From: Octopus sinensis
Taxonomy: Eukaryota
NCBI RefSeq assembly: GCF_006345805.1
Contig: NW_021832598.1
Coordinates: 1 to 64,000, forward strand
Length of the DNA stretch: 64,000 nt
Direction of reading: 5' to 3'
Shown here piece by piece: positions 52,485 to 64,000 of the stretch. Within the stretch, counting starts at the first letter, position 1. Each line of letters starts with the position of its first letter. The notes under the pieces are model-generated. The model did not search any database and had not been told where the DNA came from. It saw only the letters and a program-made list of their open reading frames with translations. The translations under genes were made by a program, and so were the position numbers.

Positions 52485-52825
52485 GAGAGAGAGAGAGAGA
52501 GAGTGAGAGATAGATAACTAAATAGAAAGATAGACAGATAGATAGAGATAGATACATAGAATATATATATATATTTAGATAGACAGGCAGATAGATAAAT
52601 ATATCTTTAATGCATAGTGCCTCTACAAATTAAACTAATAAGTAATACTTCGTATTACATCGACTGGACAAATGATTTCGATAACCTTCAGGAATGGGTC
52701 AGCGTTGATATATCTGAAGAAGTGGTTACAAAATGTGGATACTCCAGAGTGTATATATATATATGTGTGTGTATGTGTTTATCTGTGTACGTGTATACAC
52801 ATACAAACTCACACACATATACGCT

Positions 52826-52856
<31 letters not shown>

Positions 52857-53419
52857 ATATATATATTTATGTATGTATGTATCCACAAAGAAATAGATTA
52901 AACGTTGACAATTGTAGAGGTTTTGAGAAGAAAAATTTCATTCATGTAATAATTGATTCCGCTTCCCCTCTTGTATATCTGTTTTGAATTGTAATATTAT
53001 CAATGATTTATAACGTTACGATAGCTTGTTATATTATCAATACAAGTTTCATTCAACATAGAAACTTAAGAAATCTCAACTTTTCAGTTGTATCTGCATC
53101 ACAGTAAAATATTTATACAAGGGTGAGCACACACGGAAGGCTGGACATCAGATTTGCTATACTCTACGCCATTTACGCTTAATAATCACCTATTTCTACT
53201 AATTAGCCCCTTGTCAATCTCGGGTGCTTTCATTACTATTATTAGATATTTCACCACTTACCTTTAGATAATTAGCAAACGAAGGCTCTCTATGTAAACC
53301 TATGTAAAAGCGTATACATACAAATAGACAATTATCACGAACATGAACACTTCCTTAATTTAGAAAACAGTGACACAAGCACGAAATTCACGGGCTTACA
53401 TACGGGTGCATATACATAT

Positions 53420-53650
53420 ACCTATTTCTTTACTACCCACAAGGGGCTAAACATAGAGTGGTCAAACAAGGACTGACAAAGGGATTAAGTCGATTACATT
53501 GACCCCAGTGCGTAACTGGTACTTAATTTATCGACCCCGAAAGGATGAAAGGCAGAGTCGACCTCGGCGGAATTTGAACTCAGAACGTAACGGCAGACAA
53601 AATACGGCTAGGCACTTCGCCCGGCGCACTAACGTTTCTGCCAGCTCGCG
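53420..53650 (-). mobile_element. Single Nin/Deu-like SINE copy
   Basis: Same unit as the 29690-30430 array, with tRNA-like head. Confidence 0.7.
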
Positions 53651-54122
53651 GCCATATATATATACCGATGCATACATACAAGACTACTTTGAGGTTGTCT
53701 AATTCCAAGAAAATGCAATACTTGTTACTCGGTTGGAAGCCACCTCTTTCGACAAGCCTTGAGTCGAGAAACCTCCCGATATAATTAAGAAAAAATATAT
53801 GTCGAAGACACACTATGTAAAGTTGCTCCTTTCATGCAAGTCTGATGAAGTACATCCCTAATGTCTAAAACTTTAAATATTACATAAATTTACACTTTGA
53901 AATTTAGCACAAACTGACGTTGTAAAAAGAGTTGGTACAGGAACAATTATAACGAATGCTAAAGAATTTTGATGTCTTCTTTTTATTTGGATTATATATA
54001 TATGTATGTGTGTAAAGAAATGTATATATATGTATAAATATATATGTATATATATATATATACATATATTTATACACACACACAGATATATATATATACA
54101 TATGTGTGTGTATGTATGTATA

Positions 54123-54252
54123 TATGAGGGATGCATGTAAAATCTTGAGCCTCAAAAAAATTAAAACATGGTACAAGATTTCTGATGAAGGCTCGAGACA
54201 TCCAGGCTCAAAGGCCTTGAAGGTTCAAAGCCTTTCATAGGAACCCCACGTA
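54123..54252. mobile_element. Mariner-type MITE, degenerate
   Basis: tatgaggg..ttgagcct left end and aggttcaaag..cccacgta right end within a TA tract. Confidence 0.4.
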
Positions 54253-54601
54253 TACATAAAATATATATATATATATATCTATATATATATATATATATAT
54301 TACATATATATTTATATGCATATATATATAATATGCATATATTTGTATATATAAATATCATATACATGCATATGTATACACGCGCGCACAAGAATATACA
54401 TATGTATATTATGTATAAATATATATGTGTATGTTTGTGTGTGTGTATAACAAAATACAAAAATAGATATATATGACAAAATACATTTATACAACAAAAT
54501 TCATCATATATATATCTAAATACGTCATATAGTACAATTTATCCGTGTGGGTGATTATTAAAACTAACTGGGTATATATATACATACATATATATGTATA
54601 T

Positions 54602-54640
<39 letters not shown>

Positions 54641-54650
54641 CATATATATA

Positions 54651-54693
<43 letters not shown>

Positions 54694-55367
54694 ATACATA
54701 CACATATATACATAACATATATATATATATGTATATATATATATGTATACACACATATATGCGTACACAGACATATATATATATTAGACATGCAACATCG
54801 TACAAGTAGGTTTATGTATATATATATACTTGCATATATATGTATATATATATACATATATATATATATATGTATATATATATATTATATATAAGACAAA
54901 TACATGATATCATTCAATTTATTGATGCAATTATCTGTGTTTTTCGCTATACATGTATAGAAATATTATCATAATTGAATGCAAACCTCCCAGAAGCTCT
55001 GGCCTAGAATTCAGGCAATGTTTTATTATTTTGAATTTTCCACTGATTTAGTCTGAAGAAGATGGGCCAAATTGATTCTGGTGAGTTCACATCAATACAG
55101 TAATTTTTTTTTCTAAAGAAAAAGAAACTAGCATAAAATAGATAACTTCATATTCTAAGTGATAGTCTCCAAAATAAAACTAGGATGAGACAAAACATAA
55201 ACAAGCATAAATTCTATGGACAATTATTTGGAAATGTCCATTCTTTATAAGATTCCCATCTAAAACAAAACAAAAGAAAGCAAAACGTAAAAAAATGAAT
55301 AAAACGATAAAAGGAACAAAGACAGAATAAATAGAAGCAACGAAGAATTGATCGTCGTTAGACTTAC

Positions 55368-55463
55368 CAAATTCTCTGGCAAGATATCTTGCAATAGCCA
55401 TACTCTGAGGAATTTGCATACGACCATCGATCTCCAAGACAGGCACCATTGAGCCAGGCATTT
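55368..55463 (-). CDS. Gene A coding exon 2: (K)[31 protein letters not shown](G)
   Basis: tctctaacag acceptor, gtaagt donor, 96 nt, phase 1-1. Confidence 0.96.
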
Positions 55464-56292
55464 CTGTTAGAGAAAAAAAAACATCGATAAGTTTTTTATT
55501 GTTTCTGTTGATTGTGGTTATTTTGTTGATATTTTGGTTTATTATCTATCATAAAAGAAAGGGTAAATGTCCTTCCTGGGTTATACATTTATATATATGA
55601 GGCCAGTTACCAGTTCCCATGGTGTATGAGTGATTACGATCTCTACAAGAACCATGGACGAGACGCCGGTCCGTCGCAGGATTACTCATTTTTGTTAACC
55701 GAGCGACTTGCAGCAACGTGGAAGTCTTTTGTTCAAGAGCACAACACCCAGTCCAGGAATCGAAACTGCAAACTTATGATAATGTGTGCAAAAACCCAAA
55801 ACACTAAGCCACGCGTTTCAGCTTTAAGGATAAGGCTCGTTCCCGAATAGGGATTCTTTGGTGTATATAATTCCCCATTATTTTTACCAGCTGAATGAAC
55901 TGGTGCAATGTGAAATTATGTGTTTTGTTAAAGAACACAACTCATTGCCCGGTCCAAGAACCGAAACAGCAACCTTACGATCATGAGAGTAACACCCTAA
56001 CCCCTAACACACGTGCCTCCACTTTATTCTAATGCACTTAGTATTTCTAGCTTAAAATATCATATAATGTAACATTATAAACTCAAATGGAATTAAGGGC
56101 TAAGATTCTCGTTTCGGTAAAGCCTGATTGTGGGATAAACCTACCGTTTTCTTTTCTTGTTCTTTCATTCTTGTCTACTAAACAGATACACACTACCTTG
56201 TTGATAATGTTATAGTTAATATACATATACCTATATATGTACACATAAACACACACACACACACAACACACACACACACACACACACAGACA

Positions 56293-56325
<33 letters not shown>

Positions 56326-57334
56326 TAATAGTTATCGCCATACTAATATGGTAGTCTATAAATATAAAACTAAAGCTGTCGCTGATTAGCTCCAAGAGGC
56401 CATCGCCTCAAGCTGTCTATATGACACACGAACCTGCGTCCATTACAACCCTATATATACACGCAAACATACTTAAATAGTTGAATTTTGAATTGATGGA
56501 TTACTCAATATTGCTTAGTAGAGTACCATATTTAATTTGGTACTCTAGGTGCTACCGATTCTGCCAGCTTGCCACCTCCGTGTAATATTTCGTAAACGTA
56601 TCATAATAGTTTCAAATTCTGGCAAAAGGCCAGAAAAGTTTGACAGTGACTTCGAATGTGTCGCCTAAGTAGCCGTCATCAGATGTTATATGTATGTAAG
56701 TGTGTGAGTCTGTATGTAATACGATTTGTTCTGCATTCATACATCCTGCTTATTCTTCTTGGTGTTAACTGAGAATTTTTTGCTGTTTTCTGTATGCGAG
56801 TGGCAACTTTAGAAAGTGTTTGTTTTTCGCTGTTATCAATTTTTAAGATCCACGTGTTGGCAGAAGATGCAAAACGTCGGAAAAGGGGTTTCGATGTATT
56901 TATTTACGGTGCTTCTTTTTCATACCGAGTCCAAATTTCGTCCATTCAACGGGATTGGTTTAATGGGCTTCCATCCACCAAGATGTGTAGATTTAGCTAC
57001 ATTCTCATTCTTAGATACTATTGGTAATCGCTCTATTGAGCCAGCAAGGCAGTTTCTACAAGATCGCTCAACCTGCGAAAATAACAGTCATATACCCCCC
57101 AATTAGCATTCAACTACCTTTATAAAAGGAAGTTTGCTATATAAACTTTGTCATAAGATAATTAGAGCTACGGGATTTTTTTACCGTTTTCTATTCTTTT
57201 ACAGATTAACGCATTTCATTCATTGCAGTGCGGCCATCGTAGTCCACCACTTTGAAGGGTTAAGTGGATCATATCCACGCCATATATATATATTATATAT
57301 ATATAATATATATATATATATATAGATATATATA

Positions 57335-57417
<83 letters not shown>

Positions 57418-58202
57418 TAAATACATACATACATATATATATACGGGTACATATATATATATGTGTGTGTGTATATATATATGTATAACAATATTATATT
57501 AAATTATATATTCACGTACATATAAATACATATGTATATAGGCATACATACACAAGTATACACACACACACACACTCATATATATATATGCATACATACA
57601 TGCATACATACACACACATATATATGTATATATGTATGTATTTGCATTTATATATATATGCATATGTATATATAGAAGGATGTCACTGGCTATACACACA
57701 CGTACTCATAAGTGCATATATGCCCATACTGATATTTATTGCTTTTAGCTGTTCGTAACCAAGATATTATAGTAAGACCAAACCTTACTTTTTATCAGAA
57801 TTAATAAATGAATAATAAAAGAAACTATTTTGCGAAATTGCAAATATTTTTGCTACGAATATAATATAGAATCTATGATAACAAGCTAGTATTTCTCTTG
57901 AAGTAAGTGTTAATATATAAGTCGTGGAGGAAAAAAATACTTGTAATTGGCTACAGTCAGAAGAAACAGAAATAATTGTTTGGTTATGTATTAATTTAAC
58001 AGCATCCAGTAAATATGTATTTTCACGGTCTATAGTAATAACTTATTGCTGGTGTCTTCTACAAAACACACATACACAATCAGATACAGTTAGACACACA
58101 CACACATACATTCAAACAGGAAATACAAACATACATAGATACTCATATTTTATACACATTTATGCACACATACGTATGTATATATATATATATGTTTGTG
58201 TG

Positions 58203-58234
<32 letters not shown>

Positions 58235-58307
58235 ATATGTATATATTATATATATATATATAATACACCTTCACACACAAATATATATATACATATATGT
58301 ATATATA

Positions 58308-58350
<43 letters not shown>

Positions 58351-59199
58351 CATAAAGGACATGGTTTTATATTCTTGAGTCCTTTCATTTTAGCTGTCAT
58401 TATTATATTTCATTTTATTATTGCCGGAAACATGAATTCATCGTATACTTAAAGAGTTTTTTACCAAAATACTTTGCACGAAAAAATATTTTCATCATAT
58501 TTATGAGGTACATATTTCAATTATTGATATAATCACACATACAAATACACACACACGCAGAAACACACACAGACACAGCTATGTGGTGTGTATGTGTATA
58601 TGTGCGTGTGTTTGGAATGTGTCTATGCTTATGTGTAAGAACCTTTCTATGTGTGTGTGTTTATGTGAAAAAGAAATTGCGTATGTACATAATGATGCAA
58701 ATAACATCCATAACAGTAACAATAAAGTACAAACAAAATGAGAAGTCGAAAATGAACGTGAAAATATTATGGACAGAATAATAGGAAATATCGCAAAAAG
58801 AAATCGAATGTAGTATTAGAAAAAAACACCGAAGAAAACACGAAATGTAGATATGTAAATGAGAATTGAAAGTTTTATAGAACAAGTATTATATTAAAAG
58901 AAAATAATATATATTTTTGTCCTCTTCTTTTGGCATTTTTAATACAAGTGGAATTCTTTCAAATATCTAAAGATATTCGCGTAACCTTTTGTGAGGAGTG
59001 GGTAAGCTGATTTCATCGACTCCAGTACTCAACTAGAACTCATTTTATCGACCCTCACCCCAAAAGGAGGAAACCTATAGTCACCCTGAGCAGAATTTGA
59101 ACCAGGACGAAATGACGGTATGCATTTGTTCTGACGTGCTACCGATTCTGCCAGCTTGCCACCTTCTTGTAAATATTTCGTAATAGTATCATAATGGTT

Positions 59200-59721
59200 T
59201 CAAATTTTGGCAAAAGGCGAGAAAATTTAAGGAGCAGGGGAAGTCAATTACATGGAAACCAGTACTCGACTGGTGCTTATTTTATCAACCCCGAAAGGAT
59301 GAAAGGCAAAATCCACATCGGTGGATTTCGAACTCAGGATGTAAAGATAGATAACATACCGCTAAGCATTTCGCCCGGTGTGCTAACGATTCTTATTTCT
59401 TTACTGACCACAAGAGGTTACACACAGAGGGAACAAACAAGGACAGACAAACGGATTAAGTCGTATATATCGACCCCAGTGTGTAAGTGGTACTTATTTA
59501 ATCGAGCCTGAAAGGATGAAAGGCAAAGTCAACCTCGGCGGAATTTGAACTCAGAGCGTAGCGGCAGACGAAATACCTACTTCTCTACTACCCACAAGGG
59601 GCTAAACACAGAGAGGGCAAACAAGGACAGACAAACGGATTAAGTCGATTACAGCGACCCCAGTGCATAGCTGGTACTTAATTTATCGACCCCGAAAGGA
59701 TGAAAGGTAAAGTCAAATATA

Positions 59722-59770
<49 letters not shown>

Positions 59771-60600
59771 CCTTTCTATTGACTATCCCCCTCCCTCCAA
59801 ATTTCAAGCAGAAGACCTGAAATTTGGAAGGAGGGAATAGTGGATTATATTGACCCCAAGACGATTCAGCTGGTACTTAAAATATCGACCCCGAAAGGAG
59901 GAAAGGCAAAGTCGACCGCGGCAGAATTTGAAATCAAAACGTAGCGACGGTTGAAATACCTATTTCTTTACTACCCACAAGGGGCTAAACACAGAGAGGA
60001 CAAACGGATTAAGTCGATTACAGCGACCCCAGTGCATAGCTGGTACTTAATTTATCGACCCCGAAAGGATGAAAGATAAAGTCGACCTCGGCGGAAATTG
60101 AACTCAGAACGTAACGGCAGACGAAATGCGACTATGCATTTCGCCCGGCGTGCTAACGTTTCTGCCATCTCGCCGCCTATAGTAATATTAATGACTTCAA
60201 ATTTTGGCGCAAGGCCAGCTATTTTGTGGGTGAGAAAGAGACGAGTAGATCGACTCCAGTGATCAAATGTTACTTAATATATGGACCTCTACAGGATAAA
60301 AAGTAAATTCGACCTGAACGGCATTTGAACTCAGAACGTAAAAACGGGCGTAATGCTACTAAGAAGTGTGACACTGCGCCAGTAGTTTTTGAGGGAAAAG
60401 GATAAGTCGATTACATCACTGATACGTATTTTATCAGTACTTATCTGATACTTATTTTATCGACCTCAGAAAGCATGAAAACAATGTCGACTTCGGTGGT
60501 ATTGGAACTCAGAACATAATGCCGGAAGTGATCTCGCTGAACATTTTGTTTGGCACGCTAACGCTTCTGCAAGCTCACCTTAAAGATATTAATGATTTCG
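59200..60600 (-). mobile_element. Second tandem array of Nin/Deu-like SINE units with degenerate flanking copies
   Basis: Unit anchors at about 59460, 59644 and 60013; same linker as the 29.7-30.4 kb array. Confidence 0.7.
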
Positions 60601-61230
60601 GATTTTGCCACAGTGTCAGAAATATTTGAGGACTTTTATAATCGTATTTTTCTACCCAACTACTTAACTAATTAATTAATCTAACACCTACAGTTTGTAT
60701 TTTGAGAGTAACTGGAAGTGCTGGTTTGATAGATTTCTAAAGAGATCACCATTATGCAAGAATTGAAAGGGCGCTTCGAACTAGAATCGAAACCAATATG
60801 TGATGTGAGTGCTGTGTGTAACATTGTTTGAAATATTGATTTCTAACATTGGTGAAATACTCCAAATCCGAAATTGAATTATCGACGATAAGATAGCCTA
60901 AGCCTTCAGATGAAGTGTAATTATTCGAACGCAGAGACTGGAAAATGAAGTTGACTTGGTCGAGATTTGAAATTCAAACGTAAACATTAGCGTTATCAAC
61001 TGCAACCAAGAGATTCTACCGTTCTTCAGCACTACATCGTTGAAAATATTATACATTACGTGAAATTATATTTCCACACAATAAGATCTAATCTCGTGAC
61101 TAGACAGCTCACTTACATATTTTTATGACACTTGAGACAATTTAATTTCCTTTTCTTCGCACAATGTCAGAGAAAGGCAATGAAGCCTTAGCAAACATAT
61201 AAGTGCGTTTGTTTGTAGGCGTGAACGTAC

Positions 61231-61800
<570 letters not shown>

Positions 61801-61871
61801 CATGTGCGTATGCCTATAGATATGGGGAATTTCACTGCTGGCAAAATTGATAAATATAAATGATTTTATAC

Positions 61872-61939
<68 letters not shown>

Positions 61940-61945
61940 ACTTAC

Positions 61946-62078
61946 TGTTCCGGAAACCATTCCATTCTGAGAAATCGATCCTGCGATCATTGTACTGGAT
62001 GCCAGCGGCTGCGAACAGCATACGACAGACCTCAGCACGGCCGCGGTGGTTGAAGTAGTACAGCGTGTAGGAAGGCAT
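61946..62078 (-). CDS. Gene A coding exon 1: [44 protein letters not shown]
   Basis: ATG at 62078, gtaagt donor, 133 nt, phase 1; closely matches the cephalopod S-crystallin N-terminus ([31 protein letters not shown]). Confidence 0.97.
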
Positions 62079-62255
62079 TATTGTTTGTTTGTGTTGTGCT
62101 GTAGTTAAACAAGTTAACAGATTTCCCTGAAAGGTTTCGTAAATAAATCAAAGTTAGAACAAAAATGACACTAAACAGATAAACACAAGTGTTAGCTGTT
62201 GAAGGTGAGGAAGGTGTTGTTTCAGCTCTGGCTGCTGTGCTAGCACGGACCGAGG

Positions 62256-62263
62256 CTTATATA
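62256..62263 (-). promoter_or_regulatory. TATA box of gene A (TATATAAG)
   Basis: About 180 bp upstream of the ATG in unique sequence. Confidence 0.65.
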
Positions 62264-62272
62264 GTCCACCTG

Positions 62273-62350
62273 TGCTGCTGTTAGTCACAGTCAAAGTATA
62301 GGTTAGGCCTGGCATTGCTGCTATGTCATCAGGTTCAATCACTCACGTCA
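62273..62350 (-). promoter_or_regulatory. AP-1-like (TGACTAA, 62287-62281), ARE consensus (ATGACATAGC, 62329-62320) and CRE-like (TGACGTGA, 62350-62343) motifs
   Basis: Motifs read directly; squid S-crystallin promoters are known to carry TATA plus AP-1/ARE-like elements. Confidence 0.55.
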
Positions 62351-62983
62351 AGGACGATGCAATAGTGTCCTTAGTGAACGTATTGATTATCTTATGTCCT
62401 ACTACTACTACTACTATTACTCCTACGGCTCGAAATGATAATTATCTTTAAGACTGGTACGAGGGAGAGAGAGAGAGAAGGAGAGGAAGAGAGAGGCAGA
62501 AAATGAGATGGACGAAGAGAGAGAGGGGTGAGAGAGAGAGAGAGAGAGTGATCTGTGCATCGCATCACTGCCTGTACTTGACTGTTGTGTATTTTTTCTT
62601 AATCCCCGGAATAGGAAACAGTGACAGCTTTGCCCTCAGCAAGACCCGAACTTGGAACTTAGAGATATGCAACTGAATACGATAGAGCAGTTAACCTGTT
62701 GTTCTACAGACACAAGTATACACACCCCACGAATATCTGGTATTGAACTTGCAATAAAACAACAACTACTACTACTTTTACCACCATGACTACTACTACT
62801 GGCTAAAATGTTTGGCACAAGGGCAGCAGCTGTAAGGGAGGAGACAAACCGATCACATAGACTTCAGTGGTAAACTGGTACTCTAATTCTTCGATTCCGA
62901 AATGATGACAGCCAATGTCGACATTATTTGAACTCAGAATGTAAGTATTATGTCAGATAGTCTAACAGTTTTGATAATCACTC

Positions 62984-64000
<1,017 letters not shown>

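Noticed and set aside
53775-53815. CTGATGA motif (also at 24988 and 54183)
   Set aside because: No paired stem II followed by GAAA

Overview
AT-rich, microsatellite- and SINE-dense eukaryotic DNA, most consistent with an octopus (cephalopod) genome. Two intron-containing S-crystallin / sigma-class GST genes lie in tandem on the minus strand. I assembled both by hand from GT-AG boundaries and intron phase. Gene A (62078->40478, 7 coding exons, 300 aa, about 12% Met) is a long-loop lens S-crystallin. Its 95-aa loop is split over two phase-0/phase-0 exons, one built from a 12-nt / 4-aa Met-periodic repeat. It has a TATA box with AP-1-like and ARE motifs upstream. Gene B (28452->10542, 5 coding exons, 205 aa, about 4% Met) is a loop-less, SL11/GST-like paralogue. 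The rest is mobile-element debris: Penelope-like elements (PLEs), RTE and Dong/R4 LINE pieces, Tc1/mariner remnants, MITEs, a Helitron-like element and several tRNA-derived SINE families. The PLE debris and small solo elements carry type I hammerhead-ribozyme motifs. One has a canonical CUGAUGA core, sits at the apex of a 137-nt hairpin and is sense-oriented in a gene B intron. An RTE LINE shows twin-priming-type inversion geometry inside a PLE, creating an in-frame RT/GIY-YIG chimeric ORF. Most ORFs in the supplied track are microsatellite artefacts. All calls are from reading and recall only; no searches or folding were run.
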